Part shown: positions 52,232 to 64,000 of the stretch, piece by piece
How positions within the stretch are numbered: the stretch's first letter is position 1
Layout: every line of letters starts with the position of its first letter
Source: Raja brachyura
Lineage: Eukaryota
Assembly (NCBI GenBank): GCA_963514005.1
Contig: OY740814.1
Coordinates: 15,810,001-15,874,000, forward strand
DNA length: 64,000 nt
Direction of reading: 5' to 3'
Notes under the pieces: model-generated
Database searches by the model: none
What the model was told of the DNA's origin: nothing
Seen by the model: the letters and a program-made list of their open reading frames with translations, nothing else
Translations under genes and position numbers: made by a program

Positions 52232-52805
52232 CCCTCTGGACTAGCCTACCATGTGAGACTGTCTCATTTGATTGACTATTGAGTAGGTAACCAAGATGAT
52301 TGATGAAGGTAGATGTTATCTGTATTGAGTGTAGTAAATCAAATCAGTGAAACCTACAGTAGAGTCAGGAATGCTGTTAACCAGTTGGTAGATAAAAGCA
52401 AGGACCTCTCACGTAGTCAGAAAATGGCATTATCTTGAGGAGTAGGGCAACTCTCCTCAACATCCAGGCCAATATATATCCCTCTCACAGTGTTATTAAA
52501 TATGGTCGGTTTCCAATTGGTATTTGTCGCGACTTGCAGTGCATGGAATGTCAACCATATGCTCCATTTATAACAGTGGCTACATTTCAAGCAATACTGT
52601 AAAGCACTTTGTATTGTCCTGAAATACAATCATTTATTTTTGGTTCTAATCTAAGGAACTTTCCAATCAGAATTAAATCTAGGAACAGCTCTTGTTCCAT
52701 CAATACTCTCTACTGAGAAAACAATTAATATGACCAAAACCAAGGCATATTAGACCTAATTTATAGTTTTGTCCTATGATCAAACTAAATGAACAAAAAC
52801 ATCAC

Positions 52806-53020
52806 CTCATCAACAAGCAAGCTGTCCACCGCCAGCTCGGCAAGATCTGCCACCTGCCTTGCCAGAACAAAGAGTCCTTTCTTCTGCAATTGGTTCAGAA
52901 TATTCCCACACACATACTGTAGGGTTTCCACACTGCAGTCAGAGAAGAGCGAGTGATCGATGGAGATTGACGTTTCCTGCAGGAGATGAGCAAGTTGGCT
53001 CAGTTTTTGGAAATCCGGAC
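52806..53020 (-). CDS. SPG11: Spatacsin exon 29 equivalent
   Basis: PDFQKLSQLAHLLQETSISIDH...LARQVADLAELAVDSLLVDE; 215 nt. Confidence 0.93.
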
Positions 53021-56000
53021 CTAATTATGAGAGACAAACCTTCAATTATGCATTGCAACATAAACTAGATGTGAACATTTCAAAATTCAATTGGAATATT
53101 TACTCCCAAGTAACAAAGTTCCATTATCCTGAGGAAAGTAAGACAATAATGTGGAATAAACTTTGTGGTAACTATTTATTTTTGAGGGGTTGGTACAACC
53201 TACAAAACTGGTAAAAAGTCTTCATTTATCAATATCCTGACGACATCCAACAATGGTGGAAGGGGCTGTTTTTTCGATTAAAAATATTCATATATACTGT
53301 ACAAATTAATATCAAAATTATTTAGCTTAATGTTATTGTTATATCCGCCTGAGAAATGCTGTATTAAAAAAATACAATTAACTGCATTTGTCTAATAACA
53401 AAATGTACTGCTGAAGTTTTACACAAATTGGGCAACTGGTGGAGATGCTGGGATTGACAATGTGACTTTAACAAAGCCTCAAGGTGGCAAGAGGTCACAA
53501 AGTGCTGGAGTAACTCAATGGGTTAGGCAGCACCTCTGGACAACATGGACAGGTGATGTTTTGGGCTGGGACCCTTTGTCAGACTCCAGTTGCTTGTTTC
53601 TGCAAGGTGGGCTCACAAAAATTGTCTTTTCACTTTTTCAATGGAGGTGAAATTGAAAAAAAAAGTTAACAGAAAAGGAAACAATGCCATATGACGGTGA
53701 TAGGGTTACCCAACCATGAGAATATTAGAGATATCTATAAAAATTGTTCCAGAACTCCTTCATTGTAACAATGTGAAAATAAGTGTGATGTTCGTATAGT
53801 CATATGAGGGCAACAATTGGATAGTGTTTTGCCTGATTTTCAGGTCCAGTCTCTGTAACCGTTGTGCGGCAGTAACACAGACATCACCATCAACGGGATC
53901 GAGTATCGACCTGTGATTGAAGATTAAGGATATCTCTGCCTTGCTGACCACTACACAAGCTAAGACACCCAGTAAATTCATGTTTTGCACTGATTTAACC
54001 ATTATTGGCTGTTAAATGGCACCACTGGAGATCACAAGGGGTAATTTTTGTAAACCTACTTAAAACATCAGCAGAAGCACTTCTTGCCTCTGCATCAGAA
54101 CCATGTGCCGCTCCTGCCACACACGCACTCCATGTCTTGATCCCTCTCTAATCTCCCACTTTATCCCAGAAAAGCCTGAATCCAGCACCCAGCCAGTTAA
54201 TGTTGGTCCTCCACAGAATGGATGAATTTGTTCCTGGGCTGGGCTAATGGTTACAGCAAGCCTGCCATCTACTGACGTTGTGTGAAGATTAGCATAGCAT
54301 GGTCCTCTCCAGCATTGTTTGGGCACAGTGGTTGTTCACACTGCAACTCAACATCATTATCAATTTCTCCTGTTTAAATTACTTGCAGTTTCTGCGTAAT
54401 TATAACTTCTATTGCTAAAATAGACAAATTAGTCGAGGGTGTCCAAAAATCAGTCAGATTTGAACAGTCATGAGTACTTATGTCGAATATTACCGAGCTG
54501 CAAACACTGGCTGTTCCATTCATCAGCAGAATACAAGGAAAACGTTCTGTGGAGTTTCATTTTGTTACCAGTGATTTATTCAAAAAGTATTTCACATTTC
54601 TGAAAAGTTTCAAATGGGGACTTTTCTTCCGCTAACAAACCAAAGAAAAGATGAATCTAATCATCAAGGGTTCCCTTTCAGCAGAAACTTGGTTTGCAAG
54701 CTCTTTGTTCTTCTATAAAAGGTAGAATAAACATCTTTGAAATCATTTTAAATGATACCCTATTTGCTGAATAGAGGTTACAGTAAGCTATCACCTTCCT
54801 GTATGATTCATGACAAATAGAAAATTGCTTCCATATGATTATATTCTGGTTTATCCTGTATGAAATTAATTTCCTTGCTCAGGAATCAAAGCTTTTACAA
54901 ATAATGCAAACCATATGCCATCCTGCTCCTTCAGATGTAAACTGATCTGGGAGCTGTGTGCTGATTTCATTACCTTGCATTTTTCCATTTGATACCAGAT
55001 TTTATTCACAAGCGTAGTGAAACCATCCTAGACATTTGCTTAACGGGGAGGTACAAGGGTCATGACAGGGAGTGTTGAAAAGTGTCAGACAATTACAAAT
55101 CAAATGCTGATCGCGGATTCCCACTGAAAATGATCATGGCACAGTCTTCTAACCTGTCATTTACAAAAAGATCTGATTGAAGTCACTATCACACCTGAGG
55201 GAGCCTGAAACACATCTAACGGCAGGAGAGCAGTTTAGAAGCTCTAACACGGAGACTGTTTAGAAAAATGAGGGATATATGAGGACACCTTTTTATGGAA
55301 CAGATATATTGTGATGTATTTCACAAGGTGTTTGAAATGTGAATCAACCAAATATCCCTCAGATAAAAGGAATAATGGAGCCTTCATGGTATTAGGATTA
55401 TATACAGCTTCCTATTTATTGACAACCAAATTCTTCATTGTCTATGGTCATGACATGCCCCCAACCTTTTGTCAAAACGATTCCGTTCAGTGTGGGTGCA
55501 CAACTAGAGTCCGCAGATGGTTTGTAGCTTGCTCTGTTCTTACCCGACACAAGAGGACGCACCTGATTGTCATTTTATTTTGTAAGGAACCTAAGGCAGT
55601 ACAGGAGATTTCATGGAGAAAATGCTCTTCATTTTGACACGCAACCTGCATGTGAGCTGTTTGTAATGTAACAATTGTCGAGAGGACAAATAGCATCGAA
55701 TGTTATGGGTCATATTGTTCCTAAATGCCTCAGGCACTTAGCTTCAGCAATAAGTGGTTTGTTTTTCATGATATACTGCACAGAATGCAAAACTCTGTGT
55801 TTAGCAAGAAATTAGGAAAGCAAGTGATATTATAGCCTGTTTTACAAAAGAATTGTAGAATAATAATAAAGAACTCCCAATGCAATTGTGTTGGGGCTTA
55901 TGAAACCACACCTGAAGCAAGGTGTCCCTTTTTATTCCCTTTATCAGAAGACATGTTTGCCTTAAAGGGAATCTAATAGACCTTCCTAGGCAGAGGGAAT

Positions 56001-56306
56001 TAGCTGATGAAGAGAGATAATTAGACTGGGCCTACAACCCTTTGTACAGAGAATGACAAGCAATCTATTTGAAGTATTAAGTTCTTCAAGCAAATGCTGA
56101 GAGGCTAATCTGCTGCAGAGTCTAGAAATGTGGTCAGCCACCTGAGAGTGATGTGAGTAGAAACTCCACTCAAAGGATTCCCAACATTGAGAATTCCCCA
56201 TCCCTAGTGACTTGACCTTTGAGTATATGTGATGTGCTTGAAGGTATCCCAAGGTTGGGGGGAAATCACTATGTTAATAAAGATCTCGATTTGCAAACAT
56301 CTTTAC

Positions 56307-56469
56307 CATTAGATACAAAGGTGTAGTCAACATCAGCCAGTAACTGCAAAAGCTTTCCAAGTTCATACTGTGTTGGGCATTGTTGCATCATCAGCTTCAG
56401 CAGCAGACTAGCCTGTGACTCCATCCACTCCACTGGAATTTTCGTGTCTGGTAAATCTGCAGCCTTCAG
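56307..56469 (-). CDS. SPG11: Spatacsin exon 28 equivalent (most 5' exon found)
   Basis: IPVEWMESQASLLLKLMMQQCPTQYELGKLLQLL; 163 nt. Confidence 0.95.
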
Positions 56470-57940
56470 CTGTGGTAAGGAAAATAAAGACTGGTAAGAA
56501 TCAAGTTCTGTACATCTGGAATATTTTAAGAGACTCAGAATCATTCTGATTTTGTTATGGCTTTTGCTAAACTATAGGCTTCTGGTGGTCTTGGATTATC
56601 ACGCACTATCACAGTTTTCAGCACGATGCCCACAAGGTCTGTTGTACCACAACTGCTTAATGTTCCTTCATATCAACAGACCAAATTCTAGGCCAACATA
56701 TGGAATGTACTGTATATATGGACAATGTCATCAAAGCAGCCTTGTTATTCAGCACATAATCTAGTTTAGTCCTGAGAGTGCGATGTCACAGCAGGTAATA
56801 AAGCTGCTGCCTCACCATTCCAGGGACTCGGGTTCCATCCTGGCCTTGGGTGCTGTCTGTGTGGAGTTTGCATGTCCCCTCCATAACTATGTGGCTTTCT
56901 TCCGAGTTCTACAGTTTCCTCACTGTGACTAAAAATGACATGCAATATAATTCTGCCTGAATTGTACTTTAAAATTATAACATCAGTTATCTCTAGGAAA
57001 CAATCCATTATTCTATTTTGTTGTAAAATATGTATGGACTTTTCTTCGAAGGATATTTGCAAGGTCATATCCCAACTTGGTGACAAACAACTGTGCAAAA
57101 ATATATCAGGCGCAAAATTAACACTGCACCAAATAAAGCTCAATATCTGCATCATCTTCTGTACTTCCCTTCAAAAATGTGATAACCCACTGACTATGCT
57201 GTAAAATGGCAATTCACTGAATAGGATATAATATTAAAGGATGGTAAGTTATCAAACCAGCACCATCCATTGTTAGATTCTGCAGTCCACTATCTGAAGG
57301 GAAAGTTCAAGATGGTTACACAACATCTGTGGAGATCCGGGTCATGGCAAGGCCGCAAGTGGAACCATTAAGCACACAAGGAGCCATTTGCCAGACAAAC
57401 CAAATAGTCCCCCACACTGTTCTTTCCACACATTATTCCTCTTTGGAATCTAATCCAATCACCACATCATTAAGATGTCAAGACCTTGGAGCAGATGCAG
57501 AGAAAAATCATTGGGCCATGGATGAAGAATTAACATTGACAGAAAAATTGGGATTCTTCTCCTTAAAGCACAAGAGATTAGATGGTTTCCAGTCAAAATC
57601 AAGAGGGGATTACACTCAAAAAGGGAAACCATCAACAATTTCAAATTTGAACAGACTTTAATGAGCCATTATTTTGAACTGCTGTGGTCTTTCTGGTGAA
57701 GATATGTCTAGATGATATCGGGAGGGGAATTTCAGGATTTAGACACAGTGACCAAGAAGGAATGGCAATATATTTGTCAAGTCAGGAAGGTGTGTGCAAA
57801 GAGAACCAGAGACAACATGTAGAAAGCTTATATTGTGCTGTGAACAATTAGTATCTGGAATTTGTTGCCTGTTGAATGGTGGAAAGAGAGAAACCATGTT
57901 GAATTTGATGTAAGAATTATGTTTGTCTCTTCTTGCTTTC

Positions 57941-58073
57941 NNNNNNNNNNNNNNNNNNNNNNNNNNNNNNNNNNNNNNNNNNNNNNNNNNNNNNNNNNNN
58001 NNNNNNNNNNNNNNNNNNNNNNNNNNNNNNNNNNNNNNNNNNNNNNNNNNNNNNNNNNNNNNNNNNNNNNNNN
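57941..58073. other. assembly gap (133 N)
   Basis: Run of N. Confidence 1.
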
Positions 58074-59254
58074 CTGGATGCCACGCTATGGCAAAGTTAT
58101 GATTATGCAGAAAAGATTCACAGGGATATTGCCTGGATTGGAGAGCTTGAGATCTAAGGAGAGGCTGAATCTGTTTTTGCTAAAGCAAAGGAGGCTGAGA
58201 GGTCAAATGATGAGTGAAATGTTGAACAACTCGTACTCATCAACCTCTCCTTTTCTCTCGTAGTTCATGTTGAGATTACTGTGTACAATTCCCTGATTGA
58301 TGGCAAACGCCAGTCTGCTGATAATAGTTTTGCAGATGAAGTTACAATGGATATGAAGTTGGATATGGTTCCGCCAATAGGAGTTATCTAGTCTCCAAGA
58401 CCTCACTCATGAGGCAGCTTCTGGAGACTTCAAGAACAGTGCCAGAAAGTTGCAGAATTCAGCAGCAGACATGTTACTTGTGCATCTCAAATGCCAACAT
58501 GCCAACTGAGGAACCTGAAGTGCTGAAACGAGAATGCAGTGTTGATATGGAAACTGATCTGGTAATGTGTTTCCCTGGATATAAAATTAAAACCAGCTTC
58601 TCTGACCATTTTTCTGCTGTTCTTTGTTTATTCTGGAAAGGAGCCAGGAATGAAAACCGTGTCATCACAGATGGCATGAAGCTGGGGTTATTATGAGGAT
58701 GATCTGGAAATAAGCCAGGCCATGCATCTGGTAATATTTTAACATTGTTCCTTAACCCTTGAGTGAATCCACCAGTTCAAAAGAAGTCTGAGGAAGGATC
58801 TCAACCCAAAATGGCACCTATTCCTTTTCTCCAGAGATGCTGCCTGGCCCGCTGAGTTACTCCAGCATTTTGTGTCTATCTTCAGTTTAAAAGAAAAGCC
58901 ATGCTCCCCTTAAAGGGAACTTCACTGTGTTCCATAACCCAGCTTCAGAATCCTTTGTCAAATATTGTAATATATGAGCAGAAACAGCCACGTTGTAGCT
59001 CTGTGAGCAGTTAAATATAATGTGGATCTTGCTGCATCACTGATAATCTACTCGCCCACTACTTGGCACGGAATAAATGATTTACTACACATGAAATTTG
59101 GCCGAGCTTTCCTGTCTGGTGAAAACGTTTTGAAATGCTAAATAAAACAATCTAAGTTTAACTACGCAAGTATCCTTTCTATGAAAGGCTAAGTGCCATT
59201 ATATAACAATCATTCAAAAATCCCTCACACCGACAGATAAAAACAAATAGTAGT

Positions 59255-60027
59255 GTGGACGCATGGCAGATGAAGTTTAATGGGGATAAATGTGAGGTTA
59301 TCCACTTTGGTAGCAAAAACAGGAAGGCAGATTACTATCTAAATGGCGTCAAGTTGGGAAAAGGGGAAGTACAACGGGATCTGGGGGTCCTTGCACATCA
59401 GTCTATGAAAGTAAGCATGCAAGTACTGCAGGCAGTGAAGAAAGCGAGTGGCATGTTGGCCTTTCTAACAAGAGGAATCAAATATAGGAGCAAAGAGGTC
59501 CTTCTACAGTTGTACAGAGCCCTAGTGAGACCACACCTGGAGTATTGTGTGCAGTTTTGATCCCCTAATTTGAGGAAGGACATTCTTGCTATTGAGGGAG
59601 TGCAGCGTAGGTTTACAAGGTTAATTCCCGGGATGGCGGGACTGTCATATACTGAGAGAATGGAGCAGCTGGGCTTGTACACTCTGGAGTTTAGAAGGAT
59701 GAGAGAGGATCTCATTGAAACATATAAGATTGTTCCCGATGTCCAGAACCAGGGGCCACAGTTTAAGAACAAGGAGTAAACCATTTAGAACGGAGACGAG
59801 GAGTGAGTGGTGAGTCTGTGGAATTCCCCGTCTCAGAGGGCGGTGGAGGCAGGTTCTCTGGATGCTTTCAAGAGAGCGAGATAGGGCTCTTAAAAATAGT
59901 GGAGTCAGGGGATATGGGGAGACGGCAGGAACGGGGCACTGATTGGGGATGATCAGCTATGATCACATTGAATGGCGGTGCTGGCTCGAAGGGCCAAATG
60001 GCCTACTCCTGCACCTATTGTCTATTG
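59255..60027 (+). mobile_element. CR1-type LINE 3' fragment (young)
   Basis: WQMKFNGDKCEVIHFG...DLGV...LYRALVRPHLEYCVQF, then a premature stop and a deletion. Confidence 0.9.
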
Positions 60028-61009
60028 ATGCAGCACTTAAAAATATACCTCAAACTACTTGTCTGCACTGAATCATATACAGTTAAATTATATTTATATT
60101 GGGGCCATGTCATTGGGAAATTCTGAGCATAACTTTTTGACATCGAGGAATCTTTGCACCATTTTAAATGTACTGCAGCTTTGACAGGGATGATGTTCCA
60201 GTTACCCACCATTCAAACAAAACACCAACATTAACTATCACCCTGCAATCCTTTGTATTGTTAGGCAATACTCAAATCACACAAAGAACTCATGTTAGAG
60301 TGCTCAAGGGTGTCACAGGTTATGGGGAGAAGGCAGGAGAACGGGATTGAAAGGGAACAATAGATCAGCCATGATTGATTAGTGGAGTGGATTCGATGGG
60401 CTGAATGGCCTAACCCTGCTCCTATGACTTATGAACCTATGAAGGACCCCGTTGAATATTGCGAACTAAGAAAAATACAAATGCTTCGAATGTACGTGCA
60501 TTAATAGAATTTCTGCTGGATCAAATTTACAAACCTGGCACTCTTGTTGAAACGGCTGAGCCCAATACATTTCCTAACTTAAATGGTTATCCTACACTCT
60601 TTGAAACATCAGATCGGACCCAGAATGGGCCAGCGAGTGAACAACAGGAAAGTTGATATCTCATGGATCTCTTAGGAGCCTTTAAGACATGGAAAACATA
60701 TTTAGGACAATTTATGAAGTGCTCAGAGTGAACAATTGCTTCCTTGTCATGTAATTTGATATGAGAAAGGGGATGGGGGAAAGAGACAGAGAGTTTTTCC
60801 ATACAGTTGCTATTCTTCAGTTGCTGCCAAATTCAATGATGCAGCATTGATATTTAAACATATAAAGTTCAATTGTTAAATATAGCTTGACGCCAATTCT
60901 TCCTGCAATCCCCCCCACTATTAAATTTCTTGCTGAGAACCGCAGATACCTATTAGTGACAATGGCCTCTCTCAGCATGCCAACAGGCCCATGGGCAATG
61001 TACCCCATT

Positions 61010-61700
61010 TATTTCCTGCATCTCTTCTCACAATGCATCTCTTCCTGGCCTGATCAGAGATAGGATTCTTCTGAACCTCATCTTCCACCCCACCAGGCTC
61101 CATGTTCAACAGATCATCCTTCACAATTTCTGCCACCTTCAATGGGATTCACCACCACGCCACTTTCCCACTTATTTTCCCATTCAGCACTGAAGGGACC
61201 ATGCCCTTCACAACTGCCTGGTCTGCTCTTTTATATATACCATTCCACCTCATAGCTCGCCCCAATGAAATCAGAGGCGATGCAGCATGTCTCTTGACCT
61301 CGTCTTGACCCACCATTTGGTGGCCCAATCTGTGAAGTTTCAGGTGAAGCTGAAGAATTTGCCTTTCTTCAAACTTGTGTGATCTCATCTCCACTGATGT
61401 ACCCAAACGCGAATTAGATAACCACAATGCAAAGTGACTGCATTCAGCCCCTAAGAGTGACCCTGAACTTGTCGTTTTAATTCTTTGCCCTGACCTATCT
61501 TCCATATGCTACACTGTTACTTCAAAGCCCAATGCAAGTCTGAGAATCAGCACTTCAACGTCTGTCTCGGCACGCTGAAACCTTTGGGGGACAATGCTAA
61601 ATTTAACACTCGTCTGCTTTGCTGCAAGCTTATCCATTTATAATCTTAACTTGATATCTGCCTGAGCTACTGGGCATTTCCTGTATTCTTCTGCAGTTTT
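61010..61700 (+). mobile_element. old decayed Penelope-like fragment
   Basis: ttccaccccacc...cagatcatccttcacaatttctgccaccttcaatgggatt resembles the region around 6661 and upstream PLE coding sequence. Confidence 0.5.
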
Positions 61701-61789
61701 CAGATTTCTGACCTGCCTTTCACAGCTTTAATGAATCCCCTTCATTGCTCCTATCGCAGTAACAGCCCTCAATAATCTAGTCACTGGTA

Positions 61790-62620
61790 CCCAGACGCGG
61801 CGCCGACAGACAAGAGGCTGAAGCAAAGAAGCCGAAGCCAAAGAACCGAATAGAAACGAGGCCGAAACGCGAATGAACCGAAATAGTCCGAAAATGAAAC
61901 GCCTACTAATCGAAAGGATGCGACACCTAAACGCCTACGAACCGAAAGGCTGCGTCACCTAAAAGCAAACTTATCGAATGGCAGCTCAGTCGATACGTCA
62001 CCTACCCGAAAGGCGGCAGAGCCTACAGGCCAAAGGACCGACAGCCGCTCAACAGAAAAGTCCAATAACGGACTTGGCGTTGCCGGGGGGCGGGACTTGC
62101 CAGCGATTGGTCCAGACCCCCGCGTCCATCACATCACTGTGAAGGCATGAACATTGCCCCAACCTTCCGCTCCACCCGACCCGCAGCCCGCGGAGGGTGG
62201 CCGTGGGAGAGTGGGGGCTGTCCCGAGCGATGCACACCTTCGGCCGCGTTCAATTTGGTGCTTGGGTTCAGATTGCCCAGTCACCTATGGCTCGTGTGGG
62301 AAAATGAACCCCTCGGTCCCGTCTCCCCCTTTATCTCTCTCTATCTCCCTTCTCTCTCCTCCTCTCTCCCCCCCCCCCGCTCTCTCTTCCCACCCTCCCC
62401 ACCCCACTCTCTCTCCCTTCTCTCTCCCCCTTTTCTCTCTCCTCCGTCTCCACCCACGGGAGCGTCCCAGTCACTGACCGTGATGCACCGCCATCGGACC
62501 CCAACCTCCACACCAGGGTGATTCCCCCCCGACTCCCGGACTTTGACACCCACACCAGGGTGATTCACCCCGGCCGCGGGGACAGACGGTTTATTTATTA
62601 CCGTCTCGCAAGCTCCCACG
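61790..62620. repeat. CpG-rich unclassified element with 16-bp phased repeat array, CCAAT/GC-box cluster and C/T tract
   Basis: Abrupt CpG enrichment; YCKAH-like motif every 16 bp from 61846 to 62042. Confidence 0.65.
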
Positions 62621-63844
62621 CACAATACAGGCAGCATCTCTGGAGAGAAGGAATTGGTGACGTTTCGTGCAGAGGCGTTCTTGGGTAAGGGGAATCAAGA
62701 ATTAGAGGGCATAGGTTTAAGGTGAGAGGAGGAAGATTTATTTAATAGATACCTTATTGCAACTTTTTCACACAGAGTATAGGGGGTATATGGAACGAGT
62801 TGCCAGAAGTAGTTGCGACAGGTATAATAATAACATTTAAAAGATATTTCGGCAGGTGCATGGATAGGAAATGGAACATATTAGTGGGAGAGGCAAAACA
62901 TTGGTAAATGGGACCATCTTAAATGGGCTATCTTGGTTGGCATGGATGAGTCGGGCTGAAGAACGTGTTTTTTTGTTGTAAGACTATGATTGACAAAGGG
63001 AAACTATCTGAAAACATCCTGAATCCCTGTAAATTATTCTAACTTTCCTTCCAAGTGACAGGGTCCAATGAGTAAAAAAAAGGGCAGATGGAGACTTAAC
63101 ATCATTTGAAAACAATTATAGTAACACTGAGTTTATTACATTGCAAGTTATTGGAAAAGCCCTAAATTGCTAGACAGATTCCATTATTTCAGTAATTACA
63201 ATCCCCAGGAAAATTGATTTTTGCCTCTAATTTAATCTGACTGTCAAACATCATTACAGTTTTAAAATGTTGACTCCAAAACATTGAAGTTACAAAGATC
63301 CCCATTTAATAAACATGGAACTAAAAGTCTGCAGGTGGAACTCAGCAGATCAGGCAGCATCTGTTGAGTAAAATGGACATTCGCCATTTTGGGTTGAGAT
63401 CCCTCCCCTTCCAGCATCTGCGGTTGTTTGTGCCTTCATTTAACGAGGCTGCATGAGTAAAACTAACCTTTACGCATGGTTTTCAGAAGTGGAAAATAAT
63501 AAATGATCATACTGATTTGATTGGGAGACTAATAATCACCACCAAGCAGACAAGGAAATCAAGTACAGATAATTAAATAAAAACTAGTATTGGTTAAAGG
63601 TGACCATGCAACCACTGCATTGTTGCCAATACCCACCTGCTTCACTAATGTTCTTTGGGGTAGGAAATCGCTCTGCCCTCAATCTGTGGTCTGATCCTCA
63701 CCTCAATGCCACACCAATATAGGTCATTCGTAACTACCCGCTGAGATGGCCCAGCAATCGATTCAGTTATTCAATCTTTAGAGATTTGGCAGCCTATTCA
63801 ATCACAGGTGCAAATTGCTGCTTTGAAGATAGGATTATGGATTT

Positions 63845-64000
63845 ACTTTAGTTTAGAGGTACAGCGTGGAAACAGGCCCTTCAGTCCGCCGAATCCGCAC
63901 TGACCAACAATCACCCGTACACTAGTTCTATCCTACAATCCAGGGAGAATTTACAGAAGCCAATTAACCCACAAACCTGCACGCTTTTGGAATGTGGGAT
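63845..64000 (-). mobile_element. V-SINE 3' part, running off the window
   Basis: Same tail as 48633-48800. Confidence 0.75.

Noticed and set aside
53830-53930. Exon-like CpG segment with acceptor-like sites on both strands
   Set aside because: Frames are short or unrecognisable, and SPG11 exons 28 and 29 already join in phase
58074-58200. CAG acceptor on - right at the gap edge hinting that the gap hides an exon
   Set aside because: Adjacent sequence is a CR1 fragment with no polypyrimidine tract
61803-62042. CRISPR-like reading of the periodic array
   Set aside because: Repeat is 5 nt and spacers 11 nt, in a vertebrate intron with no cas genes

Overview
Vertebrate genomic DNA. The repeat content (HE1/V-SINE-like, Deu-domain SINE-like, CR1 and Penelope families) points to a cartilaginous fish, probably a skate or ray. 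Two spliced genes lie tail-to-tail. EIF3J is complete on + (8 coding exons, 443-22475, 241 aa). The 3' third of SPG11/spatacsin is on - (13 exons matching human exons 28-40, 56469-25624). All splice sites are GT-AG with consistent phases. Introns are packed with CR1 and Rex1-like LINE fragments, SINEs and Penelope-like GIY-YIG retroelements. The main hidden structure is a set of about 20 dispersed copies of a Penelope-linked minimal hammerhead-ribozyme motif (CTGAAGA-stem II-GAAACGTC), some in tiny TSD-flanked or fold-back units. Its core-intact copies in EIF3J are all antisense to the gene. Also notable are a non-autonomous Helitron with canonical ends, a CpG-rich element with an exact 16-bp phased motif array, a fold-back MITE and a near-perfect 57-bp hairpin in the probable SPG11 3' UTR. 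One 133-N assembly gap is present. Family names and human comparisons come from recognition, not database searches.
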